Assembly (NCBI GenBank): GCA_030390025.1
Contig: CM059432.1
Location: forward strand, 18,850,001-18,914,000
Source: Squalus acanthias
Taxonomy: Eukaryota
Length of the DNA stretch: 64,000 nt
Direction of reading: 5' to 3'
How positions within the stretch are numbered: the stretch's first letter is position 1; every line of letters starts with the position of its first letter. This document shows, in pieces, positions 24,697 to 36,474 of this stretch. Made by a program: the position numbers and the translations under genes. The notes under the pieces were generated by a model. It worked only from the letters and a program-made list of their open reading frames with translations, made no database searches and was not told the origin of the DNA.

Positions 24697-26913
24697 TGTA
24701 AAGGAATGAGCCATACCTATTCAGAAAAATTCACCATCCTATGAACAGAATTCTGACATTATTAAAATATGACAAACTGGGTTTAAAAATCTAAAAGCCT
24801 CAACAACACAAAGCTGTAAATACAGGCTTCTGAGATAAGGGCCCAAAAATTCGGCCGTTCTCGGGTGAGTACTCAGTGCGTACTCACCCGTATTAATTCC
24901 CGAAGTGCCGGTTTCCTGCATGCACTGCGCATGCGCGGGAAACCGGCACTTCCGGTATGGCGAAGGGGGCGGTTCCTAGGTGAACCGCGTGCGCGGTAGA
25001 GGCTGTGCGCACGCAGCAAACTTAGATTTTTTTCAGGTTTCTACGCGAGGGTAAGTATGGAAGAAACTACGCTAGTAAAAGGAGGCGTAAGACCCCTTTT
25101 GAACAAGGTAAGTGGTTAATTAAGTATAATTTTAATTTTTTTTCAACATGTTTATCTTTTTTAGAGACTTTAAAGAAAGGTAAGTTTATTTTTATAACTT
25201 TTAAAAAGTATTTTAATTTTTTCAAAAATTTAAATTTTTGTTTAAAGTGGTTAATTTATTTAACTATAGTTATTTTATTAATGTGATGGGTTTTAAAAAA
25301 AAATTATTTGAGGTTTAGCTGTTCTTTTGGGGCCGATTTCAATTCACAGATTTGACAGGTCTCCTGTCAAATCTATGAATGAAAGATGGTCTGCTGCCAT
25401 TGGCTCTCCATGGCCCATGTGATCCCAGGGGTCGCATCGCACTAACTGCGCCCCTGGAACACGCAAGCACTGCGCGCCAGCACTAGGGAGAGGCCCAGGA
25501 CCCGAAGTTCCTGCGGGGGCAAACAAGAACGGCAGACGCGGTAGGTGATATCGCGCGCGATCTTTACCCCCGCAGCAAGCCTCCGAATCGAATTTCTAGG
25601 CCAAGATGAGTCACAAAGCTGTAAACACCATACAAGCTTTTGAAATGGGAATTGGTTGTAAATACTGAGACAATGGCCTCATTGAAACAGAGGGTTGGAG
25701 GTTCCAAGAAGTCTGCAGTTTGGAACCAACACAATAGCTATACCCAGTTTAAAGTGTTAAAAACTAACACTTCGAACAGAAACACAGAACATTAAAAAAC
25801 CATGTGTCTTTGTAAAAGTAACATCAAATGAAAGACAGGAAACATAAATTTGTAATACAACCAATTGAAGTAGCTAGGGAAACAATCAAGTACTCGGTTG
25901 AAGTGCTTTTGATTTACATATTGTAAAAGGTACAAACAGAAGACTTTGTAAATATTACATCAATAGATGCACCAAGCAATCACATTATTTATGTGTTGAA
26001 CTTGAAACACACAGAGACAGAAGTCTGCTTTCAACCAATTAAAGTGATTTAAGAATTCAATAGAAGACCTTCGTAAGAATAGCATCAAATAGATAAATCT
26101 GTTATAACCATTTTTTATGATAAGCTTTGAAACACCTACACAGCAGATATAATTATGCATGCAGCAGCTGAACTGACAGTAAGATTAGAAAGAAGTCAAC
26201 AGAAATATGACTAGAGATAATTAGCTTACATCAGCAGAAAACTTCAAAGGATATGCCACTGCAAAAAGAGGATAAAATATGGAACTTTCAGATAGGAAGT
26301 CAGAAGTCGCTGGAAGGGGCAAGCGATTCTCAACTTCAGAGGCAGGCTCTGTAAGTTTTTAACTCTTTGAGTCTCGGGGATCAAAAGGTACTTTTATTTG
26401 ATTTTGGTGGATATTCTGGATTAAGAATAAGTAGAAGTGTGGAAATGTAACGAAGTTAAGATTTGAGAATAAGGATCTCTGATAAGAAATGTAAGCTATT
26501 TGTATATTGAACTGTTAAAGTTGCGATTGAATCACCACCTGTTAGCTGCATGTTGGTTCTTTAATAAATCTATATATTTTTAGAATTGTCTCACAGAGTA
26601 TTTCTGTATCAAACTCGCAAACTCCATTTCTGTACACTCTTTTGTGAGGAGTTGCAGAATTCTGGGGGCTTTTCTGGACCCTCATAATATCCGGAAGGTT
26701 ACAGTCTAGTTAAACTTATTAAAAATGCTATCTGGAGGATGGTAACATCTTCAAGTCATTCCTTTCCTTTAGGGAGAGATAGTCTGGACCTTTAGACCCA
26801 ATTAAGCATCTCTAGGATTCGGCTATCTCAACTTTAGTTGAAGGTGAACGTCTGGGGAATACACCTGATCTGGGGTAGCCCGAAAAGGGCTAGGACTAGT
26901 AATTATCCCTTCA
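24697..26913. mobile_element. Putative long solo LTR (about 1.45 kb after removing the nested MITE)
   Basis: TGTAAAGG...CCCTTCA termini; flanks GATC/GACC; cleanly interrupts the Penelope ORF; AATAAA at about 26563. Confidence 0.55.
24840..25602. mobile_element. Harbinger-type MITE, family B, copy 2
   Basis: TIRs GGCCCAAAAATTCG / CGAATTTCTAGGCC; TSD AAG. Confidence 0.85.
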
Positions 26914-29822
26914 GACCAGGGTGTCGCAGAAGGAGCGTCCCTTCGAATGCTGAAAGGGGAGGTGAGGGGAAGATGTGTTTGGTGGTGGGATCACGCTGGA
27001 GGTGGCGGAAATGGCAGAGGATCATCCGTTGAATGTGGAGGCTGATGGGGTGAAAGATGAGGACAAGGGGAACTCTATCATGGTTCCGGGAGAGAGGGGA
27101 AGGGGTGAGAGCAGAAGTGCAGGAAATAGTACGGACACGGTCAAGGGCTGTGTCAACCACAGTAGAGGGCAATCCTCGGTTGAGGAAAAAGGAAGACATG
27201 TCGGAAGCACTAGTATGGAATGTGGCATCATCAGAGCAGATGCGGCGGAGACGGAGAAACTGTGAGAATGGAATAGAGTCCTTACAGGAAGCAGGGTGGG
27301 AGGAAGTGTAGTCCAGGTAGCTGTGAGAGTCAGTGGTCTTATAGTGAATGTTTGTCAATAGTCTATCCCCAGAGATGGAGACAGAGAAGTCGAGGAAGGA
27401 AAGGGAAGAGTCGGAGATGGACCATGTGAAGGTGAGGGAAGGGTGGAAATAGGAAGCAAAGTGAATGAAATTTTCTAGTTCAGGGCGAGAGCAGCAACCG
27501 GCACTGATACAGTCATCAATGTACCGGAAAAAGAGGTGAGGGAGGGGACCTGAGTAGGACTGGAACAAAGAATGTTCCACATATCCCACGAAAAGGCAGG
27601 CACAGCTAGGACACATGCAGGTTCCCATAGCAACACCTTTAATTTGGAGAAAGTGAGTGGAGTCAAAGGAGAAGTTGTTCAGCCAGAGAAACAATAATCA
27701 GGGACAAAATTAACAGTCACTTGGACAAGTGTGGGTTGATTAAGGAAAGCCAGCATGGATTTGTTAAAGACAAACCATGTTTAACCAACTTTAATTTAAT
27801 TTTTTGATGAAGTAAAAGAGAGGTTTGATGAGGGCATTGGATTTCCAAAAGGCATTCGACAAATTGCCACATAATATGCTTGCTGGCAAAGTTGAAGCCC
27901 ATGGAATAAAAGGGACAGTGGCAGCATGGATACGATATTGGCTAAGTGACTGGAAACAGAGAGTCGTGGTGAACGGTTCTTTTTCGGACTGGAGGAAGGT
28001 ATACAGGGGTCAGTTCGAGGACCACTGCTTTTCTTGATTATATATTAATGACTTGGATGTGGGTGTACAGGGCACAATTTCAAAATTTGCAGGCAGATGG
28101 CACAAAACTTGGAAGTATAGTGAACAGTGAGGAAGATAGTGATAGACTTCAAGAGGACATAGATAGGCTGGTGGAATGGGCGGCTACGTGCCAGAAGAAA
28201 TTTAACGCAGAAAAGTGTGAAGTGATACATTTTGGTCGAAAGAATGAGAGAGGGAATATAAACTAAAGGGTATAATCCTAAAGGGGGTGCATGAACAGAG
28301 AGACCTAGGGGTATATGTGCACAAATCATTGAAGGTGGCAGGGCAGGATGAGAAAGAAGTTAAAAAAGCTTACGGGATCCTGGGCTTCATAAATAGAGGT
28401 ATAGAGTACAAAAGTGTGGAAATTATGATGAACCTGTATAAAACACTGGTTCGGCCTCAACTGGAGTATTGTGATCAATTCTGGGCACCGCACTTTAGGA
28501 AGGATGTGAAGGCCTTAGACAGAGTGCAGAAAAGATTTACGAGAATGATTCCAGGGATGAGGGACTTCAGTTACGTGGATAGATTGGAGAAGCTGGGGCT
28601 GTTCTCCTTAGAGCAGAGAAGATTGAGAGGAGATTTGATAAAGGTGTTCAAAATCATGAGGGGTCCGGACAGAGTAGATAGAGAGAAACTGTTCCCATTG
28701 GCAGAGGGGTCGAGAACCAGAGGACACAGATTTAAGGTGATTGGCAAAAGAACCAAAGGCGATGTAAGAAAAAACTTTTTTACGCAGCGAGTGGTTAGGA
28801 TCTGGAATGCACTGCCTGCGAGGGTGGTGGAGGCAGACTCAATCGTGGCTTTCAAAAGGGAGTTGGATAACTACCTGAAAAAAAAATTGCACGGCTACGG
28901 GGAAAGGGTGGGTGAGTGTGACTAGCTGAGGTGCTCTTGCAGAGAGCTGGCACGGGCTCGATGGGCCGAATGGCCTTCTTCCGTGCTGTAACCATTCTAT
29001 GATTCTATGATTATGGCATGTACTGTGTATTAAATGGTGTCATGAGAAAACATTTATATTAAATTAATGAATTGATTACAATAGCTGAGTTATGTGGCTC
29101 TCACTTCTTGATGCTGTGTGGCCGTAATGAGAAAAAAAAATGAATAAGGAAGAAGAAAAAGGTCTTCTCCAAAAGAAAGGGAGAAAATAATTTGAAAACA
29201 ATTACAACGGACATCATAACGGTCTGTGAAATTCAGAATATCCCGACTGCATGCAACTGCCACTGAAGCTTAACACTGCAGAATTTCACACATGGAATAC
29301 TTCAGATAGCACTCATTATGGGGGCTCACTTAGAGTGGATGATATGCAAGTCAATGTACTGCTGTAAAGGCAGAGACCGAAGAAGAGCTAGATAACAAAT
29401 AATGATAAAAAATGACCTTTAGGGTCCACTGACTACCTTTACTGTGAACAGGAATCATGAAAGTAAAGTGGACAATCAATCTTTTTACTTTATAAGGGGC
29501 TGCTTTAAAAAACTCTTCCCCTCACAGCACCGTCTTTATTGTATCTTGACAGCAGTGTCGCGTAACTAAATTGGTGAATTAGCTGAAAAAGCGAAGAGCA
29601 AGACAGAAAGAGACGTCAGTGGGCTTTAAAGCTTTGCAGTCACCCCAAGCAATAAAGTAGAAAGTTCAGCAAAAGGTTCCAATTATCCAAGGAGCTATTC
29701 ATTATGGCCATGGGCATCTGGCTTTTTGGTGTCGTGATTTTGCAATTTGAGGTGCATAACGTTTTATTTAAAGCTGAAGTATTACTTACATTCTGTCCTC
29801 CAAAAGAATGAAAAGTGAAATT

Positions 29823-32800
29823 ATACATAGATACATAGAAGATAGGAGCAGGAGTAGGCCATCCGGCCCTTCGAGCCTGCTCCGCCATTTAATGAGATCA
29901 TGGCTGATCCTCAATTCAGTATCCCGTCCCCGCCTTCTCTCCGTAACCCTTAACCCCTTTTGCCTGTAGAAATATATCTAATTCCCTCTTAAATATATTT
30001 AATGAGCTGGCGTACACTGCCCTCTGTGGCAATGAGTTCCACAGGTTCACCACCCTCTGAGTGAAGAAATTCCCCCTCATTTCTGTCCTAAATGGTTTAG
30101 CCCTTATCCTTAAATTATGTCCTCTAGTTCTGTTCTCACCCGCCAAGGGAAACATTCCTTCTGCATCTAGTCTGTCTAGACCTATCAGAATTTTATACAC
30201 TTCTATGAGGTCCCCTCTCAATCTTCTAAACTCCAGTGTGTACATCCCTAAACTACATAGTCTCTCCTCATAGGTCAATCCCGCCATTCCTGGTATCAGC
30301 CTGGTGAATCGCCGCTGCACCCCCTCCATGGCAAGAACATCTTTCCTCAGATGAGGCGACCAAAACTGTACACAGTACTCGAGGTGTGGTCTCACCAGTG
30401 CCCTGTACAGCTGCAGCAAGGTATCCCTGTTCCTGTATTCCAACCCTTTTGCTATGAAGGCCAGCATACTGTTTGCCTTCTTGACCGCCTGTTGCACCTG
30501 CATGCTCGCCTTCAGTGACTGGTGTACAAGAACACCCAGGTCTCTCTGTACTTCCCCCTCTCCCAATTTATTGCCATTTAAATAATAATTTGCCCTCCCG
30601 TTCCTGCACCCAAGGTGGATAACTTCGCACTTGTCCACATTATAGTGCATCTGCCATTTATCCGCCCAATCACCCAGTCTGTCCAAATCGCTCTGGAGCT
30701 TCCTGGTCTCCTCCTCTGAGCCCACCCCCCCCTCCTAGTTTAGTGTCGTCTGCAAATTTGGAAATGCTGCATCCGACTCCCTGATCCAGGTCAGTAATGT
30801 AAATTGTGAACAGCTGGAGACCCAGGACAGATCCCTGCGGTACCCCACTTGTTACTGCCTGCCATTCAGAAAATGAGCCGTTTATTCCAACTCTCTGTTT
30901 TCTATCTGACAGCCAGTTCTCTATCCACGTCAATACTTTCCCCTTTATCCCATGAGCTTCAATTTTCCATGCTAATCTTTTATGTGGGACCTTGTCGAAG
31001 GCCTTTTGGAAGTCCAGGTACACCACATCTACTGGCTCTCCCCCATCTATTTTACCAGTTACTCCCTCAAAAAATTCCAATAGATTCGTCAAGCACGATT
31101 TACCCTTTGTAAATCCATGTTGACTCTGTCCTATCCTGTCCCCATTTGCTAAGTGCTCCGCTATTTCATCCTTAATGATGGACTCCAGCATTTTGCCCAC
31201 AACTGATGTAAGGCTTACAGGTCTGTAATTACCTGCTTTTTCCCTACCCCCCTTTTTGAATAATGGGGTAACGTTAGCTACCCTCCAATCCATAGGCACT
31301 GTTCCCGAGTCTAATGAATTCTGAAAAATCATACTTAGTGCATCCGCTATCTCTAGGGCCACCTCCTTCAGTACCCTAGGATGCATGTTATCAGGCCCTG
31401 GGGATTTGTCCGCCTTCAATCCCTTTAGCTTCCTTAACACCATATCCTTAGAGATATTGATTTGTGTCAGTTCCTCCTTTGCCAATGTCCCTATTTTTCC
31501 CGATATCCCAGGGAGGTTTTTTGTGTCTTCCTTCGTAAAGACTGACCCAAAGTATGCATTTAGTTGGTCTGCCATTTCCTTATTTCCCGTTATATATTCC
31601 CCCGTATCTGACTGCAATGGACCAACTTTGGTTTTCACCAGTCTTTTCCTCTTGATATACTTATAAAAGCTTTTGGAGTTAGTTTTTATATTTTCCGCCA
31701 GCTTGCTTTCGTAAGCTATTTTGCCCCTCTTGATTAAGCCCTTTGTCCTCCTTTGCTCTATCTTAAACTGTTCCCAATCTTCCGCTCTGGCGCTTTTTTT
31801 GGCTATTTTATACGCCCTATCTTTGGATTTTATGCTGTCTCTAATTTCCCCTGTTATCCATGGTTGAGTCACCTTTTTAGATTTCCTTTTATGCCAGATT
31901 GGTATAAACAATTTTTGCAATTTTGTCATTCTATCTTTAAATGCTTGCCATTGTTTATCTACCTCCAGTCCTCCCAGGAACGTTGTCCAATCAGACCTAC
32001 TCAGTTCCCGTCTAATGGCATCATAATTCCCCTTGTTTAAATTCAGGACGTTAGTCTCTGAGTCAATTTCTTCGCTCTCCATTTCGAGTGAGAAATCGAT
32101 CATGTTATGATCGCTCTGACCCAAGGGTCCCCGTACAACAAGATTACTAATTAGTCCCTTCTCATTGCACAGTACCCAGTCCAATATAGCCTGTTCCCGA
32201 GTTGGTTCCTCGACATATTGATCCAGATAACCATCCCTTAAACACTCAAGGAATTCCTCCTCCTCATTATTTTTACTGATTAGGCTAGTCCAATCTATAT
32301 GTAAGTTAAAGTCACCTATGATGACAGCTGTGCTCTTATTGCATGCTTCTCTAATTTCCCTCGTGATGCCCTCCCCAACCTCTATTTTACTATTTGGAGG
32401 CCTATATACCACTCCTATTAATGTTTTTCACCCCTCGCTATTTCTTAGGTCCACCCATATAGATTCTGTATTAACTGAGTTAATATCCTTCCTTTCAATT
32501 GCATTTATCCCCTCTTTTACCAGCAATGCTACCCCTCCTCCCTTTCTTTTTTGTCGATCCTTCCTAAATACTGAATACCCCTGTATGTTAAGCTCCCAGC
32601 CCTGCTCACCCTGCAACCATGTTTCCGTAATCCCAATTAGATCATAATTATTAACCTCTATTTCCACAGCTAATTCATCTACCTTGTTCCTGATGCTTCT
32701 CGCATTAAGGTATAAAACCCTCAGGCTTTTTTTATGCTCACATTTTTTATGAATTCGTTTGGCCCTTTGTTTTTTGTTCCTCACCCTTTTACCATTTATT

Positions 32801-33362
32801 TCTGTCTGCCTTTCACTTTCCTCTATTTCACTACCTAGGTTTCTAGCCCCCTGCCATACTAGTTTAAATGCTCCCGAACTGCTTTATCAAAAATTACCCC
32901 GAGAACATCAGTTCCATCTTTGCACAGGTGTAGACCGTCCCTTTTGTATAGGTCACACCTACCACAAAACTGGTTCCAATGCCTCAAAAATTTAAAACCC
33001 TCCCTCTTACACCACTGCTCAAGCCACGTATTTAGCCTAACTATCCTGTTCTCTGTACTCTTACCAGCACGTGGCACTGGTAGTAATCCAGAGATTACTA
33101 CCTTCGAGGTCCTACTTTTTAGCTTGGCTCCTAACTCCCTAAATTCTACTTGTAGGACCTCTTCCCTTTTTTTAGCTACGTCGTTGGTACCAACATGTAT
33201 CACGACAACTGGCTGTCCCCCCTCCCCCTCCAGAATGTTCTGCACCCGCGCCGAGACATCCTTGACCCTTGCACCAGGGAGGCAACATACCATCCTGGAG
33301 TCTCGGTCGCGACCACAGAAACCCCTATCTATTCCCCTTACAATCGAATCCCCTATTACTAT
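29823..33362 (-). mobile_element. Young CR1, truncated in ORF1 (esterase), near-intact ORF2
   Basis: ORFs 32859-33293, 32428-32784, 30670-32412, 29916-30725; CTATGTAT tail. Confidence 0.95.
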
Positions 33363-33392
33363 TGTTTGAGGTTCTTGGGCATATGGAGCCTG

Positions 33393-33868
33393 CTAAAAAG
33401 AAAAAGAAAGATTTACATTTCTATAGCGCCTTTCACGACCACCGGACATCTCAAAGTGCTTTACAGCCAATTAAGTACTTTTGGAGTATAGTCACTGTTG
33501 TAATGTGGGAAACGCAGCAGCCAATTTGCACACAGCAAGCTCCCACAAACAGCAATGTGATAATGACCAGATAATCTGTTTTTGTTATGTTGATTGAGGG
33601 ATAAATATTGGCCAGGACACCAGGGATAACTCCCTTGCTCTTCTTCGAATTAATGCCTTGGGATCTTTTATGTCCACCTGAGAGAGCAGACGGGGCCTTG
33701 GTTTAACATCTCATCCAAAAGAGGGCACCTCCGACAGTGCAGCACTCCCTCAGCACTGCACTGGAGTGTCAGCCTAGATTCATGAGCTGCAAGTCCCTGG
33801 AGTGGGACTTGGACCCACAACCTTCTGACTCAGAGGCAAAAGTGTTACCCACTGAGCCACTGGCTGAC
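33393..33868 (-). mobile_element. tRNA-derived Deu-type SINE, full length
   Basis: A-box TGGCTCAGTGG and body matching 57929-58393. Confidence 0.88.
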
Positions 33869-34084
33869 AGTGGCATAACACTTAGAAGCGCTGATATGAC
33901 ACTCCTCTATCCATTATATTAATGGAGTGTTGTCACATTTAGCATAAGCAGGTTAATGCTTTCATTAAAATAGTGGACAAATGAATATCATTCGAATGCA
34001 TTGAGTGTTCTTAATTAATATTGCTAACAATCATATCCAGTCGATAGGCAGTGGACAGTCTTGTAGCATTAATTCATTCTTGCT

Positions 34085-34466
34085 TACCTTGGACCCAATC
34101 ATCCAGCATTTTGGCTTCCCAGCGGGTTGCTCTACCTGGGGGCTGAAGGTGCTCAGTCCTGAAGAGGGCCCCTTCCTCTGCTTCACTTGCTACAGTAGAA
34201 TTTCTACAGTCCCATTGGAAAATTGGGCCACTCTCTGATCCAACACACTCCTTCCAGGTATTGCTGCTTTTCAATTTTCAAACTTAGCAATTTTGACCCC
34301 TTTGAGCTGCTGCAGGCCTTAACATTCTGCAGCACTATATTGTTTCCCATCCCTCAATCTCAGTGAGAAGGCATTCTTCATGCTTGGCAGTTGCCCATGA
34401 TGTTGAAAGTAAGCTGATGGTCAGGGTCAGCATGCTATGGCTTGGATGGCTGTAAAATGCAGGCCA
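34085..34466 (-). pseudogene. Possible decayed Harbinger Myb/SANT-like ORF remnant
   Basis: Minus-strand QRVAQFSNGTVEILL*QVKQRK resembles the start of the Myb-like peptide at 62690; AAAATGCAGGCC TIR-like end. Confidence 0.35.
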
Positions 34467-34579
34467 CCCAACTCAGGTCAGGATCAAGGGAGTAGTCACT
34501 CCAGCAAATGGAAACAGCAGCAACCATTTGCATTTATATAGTACCTTTAATGCAGCAATTTTAAAATTGAGGCTTTGCC

Positions 34580-35035
34580 AGACCTGAAGCCAATGTAGGT
34601 CACCAAACACAGGGGTGGTGGGTGAACGGGACTTGGTGCGAGTTAGGGTATGAGCAGCAGAGTTTTGGATGAGCTCTAGTTTACGGAGGGTGTAAGGTGG
34701 GAGGCCGGCCAGGAGAGCATTGGATTAGTCAAGTCTGGAGGTAACAAACGCATGGATGAGGGTTTCAGCAGCAGATGAGCTGAGACGGGGGCGGAGACGG
34801 CCGATATTACGGAGGTGGAAGTAGGCGGACTTGGTGATGGAGAGGATATGGGATCGGAAGCTCAGCTCAGGGTCAAGTAGGACGCCATAGTTGCAAACAG
34901 TCTGGTTCAGCCTCAGACAGTGACCAGGGAGAGGGATGGAGTCGGTGGCTAGGGAACAGAGTTTGTGGCGGGGACCAAAGACAATGGATTCGGTCTTCCT
35001 GATATTTAATTGAAGGACATTTCTGGTCATCATTC
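34580..35035 (-). mobile_element. L2-clade LINE fragment
   Basis: LQLNIRKTE...AYFHLRNIGRLR...LIHAFVTSRLD, typical of the L2 ORF2 C-terminus. Confidence 0.85.
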
Positions 35036-35665
35036 GGCGTTAAGAACCATTAACAAGCTTTTAATTGTTATTATTAAGTAGTTGGTATTAACATAATATA
35101 AGAACATTAGTGCTAATAATCTCTTTTCTAGAGAGCAGAAAGCTGTAATAAGCTTAGACCACTAACTGATGCTGTTAGCAACATTTTGTTTTCTGCCTCA
35201 TTTGATGACACATCTCCATGCACCCGAGTAGCAGAAGACATACCTGAATAGCCAAACACTTAAAATAATTGCATTGTTGATTATTTTTGACATGTTAATC
35301 AGACAATAAGGCTTGAATTTCCTGGAGGATTCTGCTGGACTCTTGCTGTAACTACAGAAGGACTGCAGTTGAACCTATCAAAAAATGGCAGGGAACTGTT
35401 GGAGTGGGACCCGGGGCGGGGGCTCCTTTTGCTCATTCAGGACCCAGTATATAACTGGAAGCTGGTTCATCAAGTACGATGTGGCGTATTGGCCTTCAGA
35501 TCAGTTCAGGTGTGTCCCGCTTTGGAGTGGAGTTGGGGGGAACAGGTGAAAGAAGCAGACTTCTCCCCTAAAAATCTGGATCGGCCCCATTACACAGGAC
35601 TAAAGAAGAGATACCAGGAGTTTTGGGGGGTTGGTGGGGGGAAAGAGGGAAAACCTGGGCACCAA

Positions 35666-36470
35666 TGGCAGGCAAGCAGAGGATTTTCCAACCACATGGG
35701 GCTTGCGACAATGTTGTACAGGTGCTGTAAGGGGTTTTGGCGTGCTTGTATCGCAGACGGTGCTGGTGCGGGGTTAGGCCTTCGTTGCCTAATACTATTG
35801 CTTGCTCTGGTCTCCGGCCAGCCTTTTTGCAATAAGCACCTGTGAGTGGTTCGACCCACTCGCCCTTACGGTTCTAACACTGGACTTAGGTGCGAGAGCA
35901 GTAATGCAGAGAAAAACTCAAATAGACCCGGTTGAATAGTATGAAATGCAAATCTTTATTGCATAGCGTCCAAAATCATGAAGTACATGTCATAGGCGCA
36001 AATTAACGAGAGTACAAGTATACATACATTCATAAAGCTTGGTCTATGGTAATGAAGAACGCACGGCACATCGTAAAAAGGGGAACACATTATACTTTAT
36101 CCTTAATAAAACCACCCTCCCTTATCAATACCTACACTACATCTAGATTTGTAGGATCAGGAAACATGCTCACCACTCGTGATACTTCGGAGAATTTTAA
36201 AGTGAGGCACTCGGCTCGTTTCGCTGCAGCGCCTGACTGTCACGTGTTTTGAGGGGTCTCTGTACCCCACTTGTTTATCTTCGCTGCTGCGGCAAGCAGG
36301 CCGGGCTCCCCGTTGTCATGAAGAACTCGACAGAACTCGGACACGGTTCGAAGAAGAGTCTTCCTGTGTCCGACACCGGTTGCCGGTAGAATTCGAAAAA
36401 GAGTCTTCCTGTCCCCGACACCGGTTGTCGGGGGACTTCAATGAAAAGTTCTTTCTTGTATTTTCGGGCG
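35666..36470 (-). mobile_element. Candidate LTR-like segment with U3-type tandem repeats
   Basis: 45-bp direct repeats 36347-36436; minus-strand AATAAA at about 35955; minus-strand CA-t-TGGTGCCCAGG PBS-like junction at 35654-35667. Confidence 0.35.
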
Positions 36471-36474
36471 TTTG

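Larger units (their letters stand above)
23864..27684 (-). mobile_element. Penelope-like element (Neptune type), 5'-truncated and interrupted
   Basis: RT (GVAMG, FRYIDD; 26903-27694), Cys-rich linker and GIY-YIG (LLYCIRCSKC..YIGET; 24234-24659), pLTR with hammerhead. Confidence 0.9.
18986..29011 (+). mobile_element. Old near-complete CR1 (esterase ORF1 part, APE, RT, 3' tail) split by nested insertions
   Basis: HIGTND esterase (18976-19209), GDFNYP endonuclease (20735), NYRPVSLTS at about 23860 resuming near 27690, RT C-terminus 28287-28925, ATTCTATG tail; an antisense CR1 piece lies at 18860-18985. Confidence 0.8.
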
